This document shows, in pieces, positions 12,670 through 26,969 of a stretch of 64,000 nucleotides of DNA. Each line of letters begins with the position of its first letter. The stretch's first letter is position 1. The notes beneath the pieces are model-generated. The model was not told the DNA's origin. It made no database searches and worked only from the letters and a program-made list of their open reading frames with translations. The translations under genes were made by a program, and so were the position numbers. Source of the stretch: Lama guanicoe (Eukaryota); NCBI GenBank assembly GCA_013239625.1, contig MU053379.1, positions 5,332,714-5,396,713 on the forward strand, written 5' to 3'.

Positions 12670-13620
12670 TTTTCTATGGGTAAATACTCAGAAGTGAATT
12701 TGCTGGATCATGTGGCAATTCCATTTTTAATTTTTTGAGGATCCTCCATATTGTTTTCCATAGTGGCTGAACCAGTTTGCAGTCCCACTGATACAGGGGC
12801 TCTCTTTTCTTTGCATCCTCACCAACACTTGTTATTTGTTGTCTGTTAGATGTTGGCTGTTTTAACAGGTATGAGGTGATATCTCATTGTGGTTTTGATA
12901 TGCATTTCCCTGATCATCAGTGATGTTAAGCATCTTTTCATGTGTTTTTTTTTTTTGCCATTTGTATGTCTTCTTTGGAAAACCGTTCAGATCCTCTGCT
13001 CACTTTTTAATTGGCTTGTTTATTTTTTGAATGTTGAATTGTATGAGTTCTTTGTATACTTTGGATATCAACCCCTTATCAGATACACTGTTTGCAAGCA
13101 TCTTCTTCCATTCAGTAGGTGACCCTTTCATTTCACTGATGGTGTCCTTCACTGTGCAAAAGCCTGGATGTAGTCCCATTTGTTTATTTTTGCTTTTGCT
13201 TCTCTTGCCTGAGGAGACATATCTGGAAAGATACTGCTAAAGTCAATGTTCATGTTTTCTTTTAGTTTTATATTTTAAGGTCTTCTATTTAGTCTTTAAT
13301 CCATTTTGAGTTTATTTTTGTTTTTGGTGTAAGAAAGTCATCCAGTTTGATTCTTTTGCATGTAGCTGTTGAGTTTTTATAACAGTTTATTGAAGAGGCT
13401 GTCTTCCCATTGTGTATTCTTGCCCCCTTTGTTTTAGGTTAATTAACTATATAAGCATGGGTTTATTTCTGGGCTCTCTATTCTGTTCCTTTGATATGTG
13501 TGTCTGTTTTTGTCCTAGTACCACACTGTTTTGATTACTATAGCTTTGCAGTATAGTTTGAAATCAGGTCCTTTGACGCCTCCAGGTTTGTTGTTCTTTC
13601 TCAGATTTTTTTGGCTCCCT
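12670..13620 (-). mobile_element. L1 ORF2/3' fragment, antisense
   Basis: gaggtgatatctcattgtggttttga and ttttgattactatagctttgcagtatagtttgaaatcagg. Confidence 0.85.
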
Positions 13621-13873
13621 GCATAAATTTCAAAACTCATGTCATATTAGCCATTTTTCTAAACCTAAAAGATGTAAAGATGTATGTGTAATTGTCTTTT
13701 TATTGTTTTCAGACAGAAACTAAAGCAAGCAAATATGTATAGATACAAAAGTTTGCATCACAAGCATGGCCTATATATTTTACAATGTCTTTTAACATTT
13801 TATATTACAGAGAAAACCTTTAAAATAATTTATTATTTTATTCCTTCATATATATGAAGCAGTAACTTTTGAG

Positions 13874-14200
13874 TTCCCGAGACGGACTCTTCCTGCCCGG
13901 GTTAGGGTCTTTACACACCGCCCGACCCTTCCTTCCAGCCTCGGTCACAGCGCCCCGCGTGGCCCAGCCCGGACGCCAGCGCTCCCTTCCCCCAGCCCCG
14001 CCCCACCTGCCCCCGCCGCGGGGGCCTCTCGGGGGGCCCCCCTGAGGACGGCCGGGTCTGCCGGCCGGAGGGGAGGGCCTGGAGGCCCAAGGCCGGCGAC
14101 CCCGGGGCGGCCGCCGGGTCTGTCCCGCGCACCACCTGGGAGAGCGCGCTCGCGCCCCGGTGGCGCTCACCAGGCCTCGCGTCGGACCCTGCGCACCCAT
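13874..14200 (-). other. Orphan CpG-rich first-exon/intron-like fragment
   Basis: About 330 bp of CpG-dense sequence with sharp borders in AT-rich DNA; minus-strand CTG|GTGAGC donor at 14171/14170; GC box at 13996-14004. Confidence 0.7.
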
Positions 14201-15334
14201 GTGTCCATTTTCACATTCTTTTCTCATTAAGGGTTATTAGAACATACGGAATATAGCTGCCTGTGCTATACAGAAGAAACTTGTTTTTTAAACCTATTTT
14301 TATGTATAGTGGCTAATATCTGCAAATCTCAAAGTCCCAAAGTGATTTTTACATTTTAATGTGGATTTACTTGCATCTTGAGTGTCATAAATTAATTCCA
14401 GTGCTATAGAGCAGCCTATATTTCATTTTGTAAATCAAGGGAAATCGTTAATAGTTTGAAATAGGACATTGTCATAGTTATTTTTTCACGATTCCACTAA
14501 TACCACCTGTTTCAGGACCTATTTGTGCCTTCTTGGAAGCATATTTAAATATGTACTAAGGAAGTGTGTTTCGTAATATAAATACCCCACAATATGTTAT
14601 AAGTAGTATATCATTGTAATTAAGTATGCTAACGTGTTTATATGTAGGTAATGAGTGTGTAATATCAATCTAATCACGCATCATTACAACTATTTCATAT
14701 ACCAACATCAAAACATAAATAAAACTATTTTGAATTCTTTTATAGCAGTTTATTTCATACACAGTGTGTTCAAACATAATTTGAATAGTGTTTGGATAAA
14801 TAACTTAATTCTTTGAACTCAAATCAGTTGTCCCTTAACTATGTGAAGTTATGATGAAATCTTTAACTTATATTTTGATTAAGTAAGACAATGTGGGGAA
14901 TTTTCTTAGACCATTAGCATTTGTGAGAATGAATAGTTATTATCAAAATACACTGATATTGTTTGTAAAAGTCATACCTTGTTTTTCCTAAAACATGCTG
15001 ATTTTAAACTATATGATAAAACTATAATTTCCTGGGTTTTTCTCAGTTCTTATAAAGAGATATTAAAATATTTTTGTTTTCTTTGGGAGGAGAAATAGCT
15101 TCTCTTTTACTTGTGAAAGCTTGGGAATATGTTTTAATATACGTTTAATATTTTTCTAAGTGAAAATGACATTTATGACACTTAAGAAAATGCAAAATAT
15201 AAATTCAAGTGAATTTTAAGTATCTTGGAATGTTTGTCACCCAAAGGAACATAAAATAACTGATACTACTGCCTCATTAAAGCATGTATTTTTTTCTTTC
15301 TTGATGCTTTGATGCATCAAAATGTTCATATATG

Positions 15335-17030
15335 AATATCACAAATATTTTCTCCCGTTTCATAGGATGTCTTTTCATTTTGTGGAAGGTTTCCTTTAAT
15401 GTGAAAGAGCTTTTAAGATTCTATTAAGTCTAACTTGTTTATTTTTGCTTTTAATTTCATTTGGATCCAAAAAAATATTGCTGTGATTTATATCAAAGTG
15501 TGTTCTCCCTCTGTTTTCCTCTAGTAGATTTATAGTGTCTAATCTTACATTTTGGTCTCTAATCCGTTCTGAGTTAATTTTTTATATGGCGTTAGAGAAT
15601 GTTCTCATTTCATTCTCTCACATGTAGCTGTCCAGTTTTCCCAGCACCACTTATTGAAGAGACTGTCTTTTCTCCACTATATATTCTTGACTACTTTGTC
15701 ATAGATTAATTGACCGTAAGTGCATAGGTTTATTTTTGGACATTCTGTCCTGTTCTGTTGAGCTATGTGTCTGTTTTTGTGCCAGCGCCATGCTGTTCTC
15801 ATTACTGTAGCTTTGTAGTATAGTCTGAAGTCAGGGCATATGATTCCTCCAGCCCCATTCTACTTTCTCAAGATTGTTTGCCTATTTGGGTTCTTTTGTG
15901 TTTACAAACAAATTTTAAAATTAGTTTTTCTAGTTCTGTAAAATATGCCATTGGTATTTTGGTAGGGGTTGCATTGAATCTGTACATTGCCTTGGGTAGT
16001 ATATTCATTTTAACAATATCAATTCCCCAATCTCAGGACATGGTATATCTTTCCATCTGTTTGTGCTGTCTTCAGTCTCTTATCACAGTCTTACAGTTCT
16101 TGGAGTACAGGTCTTTTGCCTCCTTAGTCAGGCTTATTTCTAAGTACTGTATTCTTTTTGATCTGATGGAGGCATACAGATGCCCCAAAGGCACATGAAA
16201 AGATACACAACATAACTAGTTATTAGAGAAATGAAAATCAAAACTTACAATGAGTTATCAATTCACACCAGTCAGAATAGCCATCATCAAAAATCTACAA
16301 ACAATAAATGCTGAAGAAGGTTGTGGAGGAAAGGGAACCCTCCTACACTGTTGGTGGGAATGTAAATTGGTGCAGCCATTATGGAGAAGAGCATGGAGGT
16401 TCCTTAAAAAGCTACAAATAGAGTTATCATATGATCCAGCAATCCCACTCCTGGGGGTATATCCAGAAAAGATGAAAACCTTAGTTTGAAAAGATACATG
16501 CACCCCAGTATTCATAGCAGCACTCTTGCAATGGCCAAGACATGGAAGCAATCTGAATGTTCATTGACAGATAAATGGATAAAGAAGATGTATATGTATA
16601 TACAATAGAGTATTACTTAGCCATAAAAAGGAATGAAATAATGCCATTTACAGCAACATGGATGGATCTAGAGATAATCAGTCACACTAAGTGAAATAAG
16701 TCAGACAAAGACAAATATCACATAATATCACTTGTATGTGGAATTTTAAAAGAAGTGATACAAATGAATTTACTTACAAAACAGGAAGAGACTCAGATAT
16801 AGAAAATAAACTTACAGTTATCAAAGGGGAAGGTGAGGGAGGGATAAATTAGAAGTATGGGATTAACAGATACACATATATATGTATAAAAGAGATAAAC
16901 AACAAGGACCTACAGTATAGTACAGGGAACTATATTTAATATTTTATAATCTATAATGGACAAGAATCTTAAATATATATATATATATATGTGGGTCCCT
17001 ATGCTGTATACCTGAAACTAACACAACGTT
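15335..17030 (+). mobile_element. 5'-inverted L1 (antisense ORF2 segment about 15335-16162, then sense 3' end)
   Basis: Orientation flips at about 16165. The sense part encodes the ORF2 C-terminus ([17 protein letters not shown]...YDPAIPLLG) followed by 3' UTR. Confidence 0.85.
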
Positions 17031-18249
17031 GTTAATACTCACTGAACTTGAGACAGTCTCTAGACTAAAGGATGCTTTCTGTGGTTTTCAAATGTAATTG
17101 CTTTTAAATTACATTCTAAAGAGGCAAACCAAATGAACACAAGCTTAATTCAGTCTTATTTCCAGATAGAAAGAATGCCTCCATGAGGTTTATTAGTTTT
17201 GAATTTTAACATTACTTTTGAGGAAACAATGAAGTAGAACTCAAAAAAGAAATAAGAAGCTCCAAATTACAGTATTGTTAATAGAATTTATAATTGAATA
17301 TGTAACTGAAACATGCATTTTAAGTAGAACTCTTTCTGTCTTAATAATTTCATGATTAGTAGTATGTTATATGCATTACAAAAACACAGGATTATAAATG
17401 TACAAATTAACATAAATTTAAATAATTATATTCCATAGAAATTCAATATTTTATGCACCACAAAAGAAATGACCAAAATGATACTCATTTTTTTATATCT
17501 TAAATGTGAGTTTATGAATGTATTTCTTGTAGATTTTCTATTAAATAATGCAAATGTATGCCTGAAAATATTCTGCAACTCATACAGCAGATCCAAGTTA
17601 CACAACACAAGCGGTTACTTGGGAAACAGTGCACTTTTGGAAAGCACAAGGGGTGAAGGTTGGGGGAGGAAGAAATCAAATTGGTTTTGTCTTGTTTTTG
17701 AGTTGAAAAGACATCTTTCTTGTGATCAGCAATAAATAGCACATATTAAATGTTCAAGTGTTTAATATTAAGAGTGAAAATATTTTTATAAGCTAATTAC
17801 AAGGAATATTTTCCTTTTTATATATACATCATGGGCATGATTTTAAATAAAAACCTAAAAACATTTAAAAGTTTGGATTTTAGATATTTGCATTTCAAAA
17901 TTTTATCAGTTAAAATAATAACAAATTATAATTTCTTTATTTTAAAAATAAAGTAACAAAAGTTACAGAGAGTAAATAATGTGTTGATATCAGTCAGCTA
18001 GTTAAGGACGGCACAGAACTTAAAATCAGGTTTTCTGTTCATTTTGCTATTCCGCATGCTTTTTGTGTTTCTTTATTGCTTTTTTTTGCTTTAAACTGTT
18101 ACATCATATTACTTTTACTCTTTTTCAATTCACTTTCTCTTACTCTTCACTCACTTCCAAACTTTGATTACTGCTGTGAATTTCAGTTTTTAAACCTTCT
18201 CATTGTCTATTGTCTTTCACTACTGGTTCCAAATTGGCCTCTAGAATGT

Positions 18250-20322
18250 CATGGAAGATGGCTGAATTGGAAGCTCCAGGAAATTGTCCCTTCACTGAAA
18301 CAACTATTGAGCTACTGTATCAATAGGAATTGTCAAAATCAACTGTTAGGACTATGGATTCTAACCAAATAATTGGAGTTCCCAGGAGAGTGCTTGAGGA
18401 ATAAAGAGGCTGGTAAAATTTGAGGAGTTTTGGCATTTCATATAACAGCTGCCTTCCCTATTCCCCAGCTCCCATGGCAGCCATCTGTGAAGGTAGCAGC
18501 ACACACTCCTGCTGTGGCTTCTGATGCCTGGGTGGACAATGTGGACTTTATCCTCTAGAGATCAGGGTTGCATTGTTGATTTGCATGTTGGTGTTTTTGG
18601 GCAACTGCTGCAGAGTTTGGCTCAGATGGCTTCCCAAGTAGCACTTACAAAAATAAAGAAAAAATATCTTAAAAAAAATTAATATTGGCCCCAGGCATTT
18701 AAGGAAATCACTGTAAGATCATTAGATGACTGTAGAGATAATAGAACAAAGATTTCATTGATAACACATGACAAGGAATACAGTCTTTGCAAAAATAAAA
18801 ATAAAAAAGCTTACAAAAGTCACTAAGCAAATGGACAACTTGCAGCCCTCAACAAGTAACACTGGCAGTCTCTGTGAGGGAGGATAATGTGATTTCCAGA
18901 GTTAACACATCACAATATTAAAAATGTCCAATTCTCAGCGAAATGTATAAAACATCCTAAACAAGACATGAAAACATGACCCCTTCATAAGAAACAAAAA
19001 TGTCAGAAAACTTTGAGAAAGTCCAGACATTAGATTAATTAGATGAAGACTTTAAATTAACTGTCTTAAATATTCTCAAAGTGCTGAAGGAAACCATAGA
19101 TTGAAAAAACAATGAAAATTAGGAGACTAGTGTAAGAATAATTAGATATCAGAGAGATAATTTATAGGTAATAATAAGAGATATAAATTATTTTTAAAAA
19201 AGCACACAAAACTTCTAGGTGAAAAATAAAGTAGCTGAAAGGAAAAATGTCCAAATGTGACATTGACTCACCAAGTGGGTTCAACAGCAGATTTTAGTAA
19301 GCAGGGGGGAAAAAAAACCCAGCAAATTTGAAGATAGGGCAATTGAAATCACTCAATCATTGCAGAAAACAAACAAAAAAGAATAGAGAAAAATGAACAG
19401 CCTAAGGCACCAAGAGACATACCAAGATAAGAAATCTGGGAATCACAGAAAGAAAAGAGAAAGAGAATGGGAACAGAAAAGGTATTTTAAAATAAAATGT
19501 CTGAAAACTTTCCGAATTTGATGGAACATGAATCTACATATCCGAGAAGCTGCACGAACTCAAAGCTGAATTTACTCCACAGACATCTACACCGACACAT
19601 TATAGTCAAAATGTTGAAAGATAAAGAAGGAATCTTAAAGCAAAACAAAACAAAATGCAGCAAAAAAGGAAGGTGTTCCTCTTATGCAGAGGATCCTCAC
19701 CAGCTGATTCCTCATCAGGAAGTGCAGAGGTGGCAGGACAATATACCTAAGTGCTCACGAGAAGAAACCCTGTAAAAAGGAGACTTCTATAAAAGACAAA
19801 GCAATCTTGCAGAAATGAAGGAGATGAATAAGACCCTTGTGTCATTTTTAGGTTCCACATGTAAAGTGACAGCAGCGGTATTTTTCTTTCTCCTTCTGGC
19901 TTACTTCACTTCGTATGAAAACCCCCAGGTCCATCCATGTTGCTGCAAATGGCATTAGTTTTTAAATGTCACAAAAGGACTTACTTACAAAAAAGAAAGA
20001 GAGTCGCAGACATAGAGAACAAAGTTGTGGTTGCTGTGGGGAAGGAGGTGGAAGGATAAACTGGGAGTTTGAGGTTTGCAGATACTAATTACTATATATA
20101 AGACAGATAAACAATGAGACCCTACTGTACAGCACAGGGAACTATATTCAATGAGTTGTAATAGCTGATAATGAAAAGGAACGTGAAAAGGAACATTTTT
20201 TTTTTGTAGTAGATTATTTTGATCTCCTGATCAGTCCCCTTGGTGGGTTTTTTTTTAAAATATATTTTAAACATCCTAGGTTCAATACCCAGTACCTCCA
20301 TTAAAAAAACAAAAACAAAGAC

Positions 20323-20353
<31 letters not shown>

Positions 20354-23300
20354 AACCCACTAAACACAGAAAATACAGTCACAGAAGAAATGAAGGGCAA
20401 AAATAGTATAAGAAATACAGAAACCAAATGGTACTATAGAAGAAATCCTTCTTTATCAGTAATAACTTTAAATTATAAATGGACAAAACTCTCAAAGGCA
20501 TAGATTGACAGATTGTTTCATTAAAAAGTGATCAGCTCTGTTTTTTACAAGAGACTCACTGTAAGTTGAAAAAACACAAGTAGGTTGAAAATGAATATAT
20601 GAAAAAAGAATCCCCTAAGTCATAACCAAAAGGCAGCTAGATGACTATCCTAATATTAGACAAAATAGACTTCATGGCAAAGTAACAGGAGATAAGGAAG
20701 GACATTACATACAGATTAAGTGTTAATCCACCAAAAGAAATAACAAGTATAAATATATAAGCACTAAACAACAGAACCTCAAGCTATACAAAACATACTG
20801 ACAGAACTGAAGAGAGAAAGTTATGTAATATATGTCTATGGTATTTTTAAGAATTGTACAATAATACAGTGGGAAACAATATATTAGTTGAAGATGTCAG
20901 ACCTCAATAGAATGAAGCTAAAAATCAATAAAAAGAAAAACTATATACTCACAAAACATGGAAATTTAAAAATACACTCTTAAGCAACCAATGGTTTAAA
21001 GAAGAAATCACTAGGGAAATAAGAAAGTACTTTGAGATTCATGAAAACAAAAGCACAACATACCCAAAGCCATAGTATGCAGTGAAGAAGACACTCAGTG
21101 GGAACTTTATGGTTTCAAATGCCTGTATTTTAAAAAGGAGAAAAGTCCCTAATTAATAAGTTAACTTTATACCGTAAGAAAGATAAGCAAACTAGACATG
21201 AAGCAAGGGAAGAAAGGCAATAATAAAGGTTGTGGAGATCAATGAGATGGAGAACACAAAGTGGGACAACTGGAAACCAAAGGTTGGTTCTTCAGAAAGA
21301 TCAATAAATTTAATGAATTTCATTTAGACTGCCTAAGAAAAACAGAGGATGCAAACAACTAAAATAAGAAATAAAAAGAGACATCACTACAAATTTTACA
21401 CAGATGAAAAACATCACTGTAGAATGCTATGAGCATTTGCTTGCTAACTAGGTAGATGATTTAAGTGAAATGGATAAATTTCTAGAATCGTACATATTAC
21501 TGAAACCAGCCCAAGAAGAAATGGAAATTACCAACAGACAGATAATGAGAAAAGACATTGGATCAGCACTCATAGACCCCCAAACAAAGGAATTCCAAGA
21601 ACAAATATGTTCACTGGTGAATTCTACGAAACAATAGAAGGAGAATTATCATCAATCCTACTCAGATTCTTTTAAAAAATGTAAGAGGAGGGAACACTTC
21701 CTAACACATCTGTAAGGCCAGCATTATCTGATGAGAAAGCCAGATACAAATGCCAAAAGAGAACACAACTAGCAATCAACACCCTTTACGAACACAGATG
21801 GGAAAGTTCCCAGCATAACACTCGCAAACGAAACCCAACAGTATGTTAAGATGGTTCGCACCATGACCAAATGGTGTTCCAGCTCAGGAATGCAAGGATA
21901 GCGTGTCGTTTGCCTGAGCTACCGCAAGGAAATACCACAGACCACACTACTTAAACAAAACATGCATGTTTTCACAGTTCTGGAGGCAGGAAGTCCAAGG
22001 TCGAAGCACCAGCACAGCTGGCTTCCCCTGAGGCTTTCCTGCTTGGCCTTCTGCTGTCCTTCCACGTTTTGTTTGTTTGTTTTGTTTCTGTGCAGGTGCA
22101 TCCCTGGAATCTCTCTGCGTACCCTAATCTCTTTTTCTTATAAGAGCAGCAGTCAAATTGGATTAGGACACATCTTAAAATTTTCATTTTAGCTTAATTG
22201 CCTCTTTAAAAGTTCTGTCTGCTTATACAGCCACATTCTGAGCTGCTAGAGTTTAAGGCTTCAAGATATAAACTTAGAGGAGATTTAAAATAGCCCATAA
22301 CAGGTGATTCAGCTTAAGAAAGTCAATCAGTGTAGTATGCCACATTAATAGAATGAAAGAAAGAAAAAGCAAAACAAAACAAAACATCTCCACATCTCAA
22401 CCAATGTGGCAAAAACATTTAAGAAAATTCAACATTCTTTCATGATTAAAAAAAAAAAACTCAGCAAACTTGGAATAAATAGAACTTCCTTTATATGATA
22501 AAGGGCATTTATGAAATTCCTACAGCTAAAATCATACTCAGTGGTAAAAACTGAAGCCTTTCCTCCTAAGCTCAGAAACAAGACAAAAATGCCCATTTTC
22601 ACCAGTGATATTTGTAGACACTATGGTTTTAATCTATGAAAAATTTTAAGGAATCACAAAAAAACTACTAGAGCTAATTTACGAATTAAGCACAACTGCT
22701 GATCAACACACAGAAATGAGTTGTTTTTCTGTGCATGTCAGTGAGCAAAGCCAAATATTAAACTAAGAAAATAACCCCTTTTCCGAGATCATCTGAAAGA
22801 TAAAACATTTCAGAAATAATTTTAACCAAAGGTCTAAAGGACTTATGCATTGAGAACTGCAAAACAACGCCAAAAGAAGTGAAGGAGGAACCACCTGAAC
22901 AAATGCAAAGATAGCCCTTATTCTTGGATTGGAAGACTTTAATATTTTTAAGGTGGAAATTCTACCTGACTGTTCTCCAAGTTAATTACCATTCCTATCA
23001 AAATTCCAACTGTCCCCCCTTTTTTTGTTTCTCAGAAATAGAAAAATTGACCTTTAAATTTATATGGAGCATCAGTGTGCCCCAATAGCAAAAACAATGT
23101 TGAAAAAGAAAAACAAATTTATAAAACACGCTTCTCAATTTCAAAAACTACAGCAATCAAAACTGTGATATTGGCATTAGGATGGACATGTGGGCCAATG
23201 CAATAAAATTAAAAGTTGTGAAATTAGCTCAGACATCCATGGCCAGCTTGTCTCGGACAGTGTGTCAGGACTATTCAGTGGGGGAAGGAATCATCTCAGT

Positions 23301-23720
23301 GAGTAGTACTGGGACAGCTGGAGAGGCACATGTGAAAAGATGAAGTTGGACACCAGGTCATTCCATGCACAAAACTGACTCAGAATGGGTCAGCAGGCTA
23401 AACGTAACACCTAGGGCTGTAAAACTACCAGAGGAAAACATAGTGGTAAGTTCTCATGACGTTTAATTTCACAATGCATTCTTTGATTTGACATACATGC
23501 ACAAAGATTAGCAAAACAGAAAAAGATAAATAAAACTTCAACTATTAAAAACTTCTGTCCCTCAGACAACATAATCAAGAGGACAAAAAGACCACCAAAG
23601 AAAGGGAGAAAATATTTTCAAATGATGACTCTGATATGAGTTTTTCATCTGGAATATACAAATAATTCTTACAACTCAACATCAGAAAGACAAAAAAAAA
23701 CTATTAAAACAGGCAGAGTA
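18250..23720 (+). mobile_element. Long degenerate L1 (5' UTR, ORF1, ORF2) with nested insertions
   Basis: Starts near ggaagatggctgaa; ORF1-like (MSENFPNLM) and ORF2-like stretches broken by stops. Nested L1 3' pieces at about 19840-20190, a SINE tail at about 20270-20350 and MLT1 at about 21900-22300. Confidence 0.8.
21900..22302. mobile_element. MLT1-type MaLR LTR nested in L1
   Basis: aataccacagac, cacagttctggaggcaggaagtccaagg and agtcaaattggattagg; ends in cccataaca. Confidence 0.8.
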
Positions 23721-24487
23721 CTTGCATGTGATATGACAAATATATAGCATTGCATCTAGCACCATGTTCATGTCAATTTAATTTGAATCTCAAAGCTCTA
23801 GGTACCTAAACTGAAATCTGGATTATATTCATTTTTAACAACAGTATTTTCTTCTTACATAAAAACATTTATGTAAAGAAAAGTTTTTAGGTTAAAATTG
23901 CATCTTTTTATCATCCTTGCTATAACAGTGAATTTAATTTTATCTCACATAATTACATTTTGATTCAAAAACCAGTTGGATGAATATAATTAGGAACAAA
24001 AGTGTAAATAGTTGAGCCTTGGTATAGTATTTTTCCATGGTTGCTGGAATTTTAAGTTCTCTGAGGACAGGACCACCTCTATTTCAAAAATGTAATTAAC
24101 ACATATGTACTCTCCAGCACATCAAATGTGCACAATAAATATTGTCTGTGAAGGAAGGAACAGATCACAATGGTTTATTATTTTTATTTTCTCAGTGAGC
24201 TATTGTTTATTCCAAATCTAATTCACTTAGGTAATTTTCTATATATTTAATAAGTACTAATTAATACTTGTACTATGTGTGAGACACAGTATGTTTTCAA
24301 CAATCCCCATTTTTTGCATTTAATTATTTCAGCACTTATGCTCTACTGTGGACTCAGCCCCCTTCCCAGTGCTAGAACTGGAGCAGCATGATGCTAACCA
24401 GTCCTCACCCCTGGAGCTTGAGGTGCGGAGCGCTGTGCTCCAGTCCCAGCTCCACCACTTCACCATCGGATGTTCTTAAGAAAGTTA

Positions 24488-25017
24488 CACAACAGGCGAC
24501 TGGATAAAGATGTGGTATATTTCTACATTGGAATACTACTCAGCCATAAAAATGACAACATAATGCCATTTGCAGCAACATGGATGCTCCTGGAGAATAT
24601 CATTCTAACTGAAGTAAGCCAGAAAGAGAAAGAAAAATACCATATGAGATTGTTCATATGTGGAATCTAAAAAACAAAAACAAACAAACAAAAAAACAAA
24701 GCGTAAATACAGGACAGAGATAGACTCATAGACATAGAATACAGACTTGTGGTTGCCAGGGGGGCGGAGTGTGGGAAGGGATAGACTGGGATTTCCAAAT
24801 TGTAGAATAGATAAACAAGACTATACTGTATAGTGCAGGGAAATATACACAAGCTCTTATGGTAGCGTACAGAGAAAAAAATGTGACAATGAGTGTGTAT
24901 ATGTCCATATATGACTGAAAAATTGTGCTGAACACTGGAATTTGACACAACATTGTAAAATGATTATAAATGAATAAAAAATGTTAAAAAAATAAATAAA
25001 TTTGAAAAAAAAAAAAG
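24488..25017 (+). mobile_element. Young lineage-type L1 3' end with poly(A), inserted in a MIR
   Basis: atgccatttgcagcaacatggatg...aataaa and a poly(A) tail; MIR-like halves flank it at about 24420-24487 and 25030-25160. Confidence 0.88.
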
Positions 25018-26969
25018 AAACGCAATTGTCCCCTCTCTAGGTGTTTCTAACTTTTAAGTGGAATAATAATTCTAACTCACATGATTTTGGAGGGTTAAAT
25101 CAATAAAACCTAATAAAGCACGGGAAACAGTGCAGCACATAGTAAGTACTTAAATATATGTTAGAAATAATTGTGAAAATTATGTTTTACTGGGACCTTA
25201 ATTTCTATATATTATTATTCAGTGTTTTTGAAGACTTCCTTTAATTTTTTCTTCTTTAAAGTTTATGCTGTAAGTATTCAAATTTTATATCATCCTTGCC
25301 CCACTGCTTATAACTGTAGAACCCTGAATAATTATTTAACCTCCCTAAGATCTAGTGACCCACCTATAACCTGAGGATAATAACAATATTTGCTTCAATA
25401 TTAATCTGGGTTTTCTAGACTAAGATAATAATTTAGTATAATGTCTAGCACATACTTAGTGTTCAAAAATTAGTTATTAAAATTACTATTGTTTTAAACA
25501 TTTATTGTTTGCTGCAAATGGATCAAAGGGCAATAATAACCTTCCTATTCTGCACTCATCTTTTATTTAGTTTTGCTTCACTGTCATGTAGCAAAATTCT
25601 CTCCCATAACAGTATATGTTTAATCGCCAGTGTTCTCTAACCAGTACTCTTCAATGCTTCTTTCTTTCAGAATTCCTTCTGGTATTACCTTCCAGTTACC
25701 TAAATTAAATCTCAGCCCGGATTGCTCTTTTCCCATTTCTCACTCTTCTTCACTCTGACATTGTTACCTCCTCCACTGGGCTTGCAGCTTATTGTGAAAA
25801 TCTATACGTAGCTCTGACAAAATGCACACTCTCCTGTCTGTGGATCAGTTATGATAGGCCCCCCTCTCTGGATTTGACTTGACTCATAATTGTAACATTC
25901 TTCCTCTGTATTTTCAATGATTTATTTCTGTAACTTGTATCATCACTAGTAGTAGTGATAATGGAAACACAACCTGAAGGAATGCAGGCCTCAGAAACTA
26001 CCAAGATTGGTTCACCATTATTTGTTGCATTTCTCTGAGCCTGAATGTCTAAAAAATGAGGCTGAGGACTGTTGTGAATATTCTGTTTTTCTTGATGAGT
26101 GAAAAATGAGACAACATATTTGAAATGGTTCCATTTAATCTCCTCCATATTCCTTTCCTTGAGGAATTAATTTCCATGAGGGCAGCTTTTGTGAGCTTGG
26201 TCACTGAGATTTATTTCCAAGTATGTGAGATATACACGCACATATAGATAACATAGCTGTAAGTATTATTATATCTACATATTTCAAATTGCATATAATA
26301 ACCATTATCTAGATTATATATTTGCATTCATCACAGACATGTATATTGACCAATCTCTTCATAAAAATCTGTTTTCTTTATTATCTGCCTGCCATTAAAT
26401 CGCAGACTTACTAGTCTCAAGAAACCTGTAGTGAACACTCCAGCCTGTTATCTGAACACTCCAGCTCTCAGATGGGAGCTGCAGGGACTAGAGATCAGAA
26501 CTAACACTTGAAAATGTGCAACTGTTTCAGTTCTGTGACTCCCCAAGTATCCTAACAAGCTCAAGAAGGGAAGTGGCAATATTTCCAAGTGTATGATATG
26601 AGAGGCACACATGAAGTACTTGGTGACTAATAAATAATAATTTTATTAAAGGAAAGCAGTGTATTGTAAGCAGTAGTTATTGATTTCATATTAGGGTACA
26701 TATTTTTCCCTGAGATACTACACTTCGTCAGTATTTTCTTGCCTTCCTTGACTCCCTGCCCTCTTTCTTTCTCTCCATTTCTCTAACCGTCTCCCTCTTT
26801 GCCTGTCTCTCTGTTGTTTCTCTGTCTCTGACTCTCTCTGTCTGCCTGTCTGTACATCTGTCTCTAGCTCTCTCCTATTCTTTTCATATTAGTTCACAGC
26901 TTATGTTAATTATACGGTCTAATGACTGAACAACTCTATTCTATAGTCTGAAATTGTTGCAGAAAAATG

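Noticed and set aside
25849..26148. 99-aa minus-strand ORF in non-repetitive-looking DNA
   Set aside because: No recognisable homology and no convincing splice sites.
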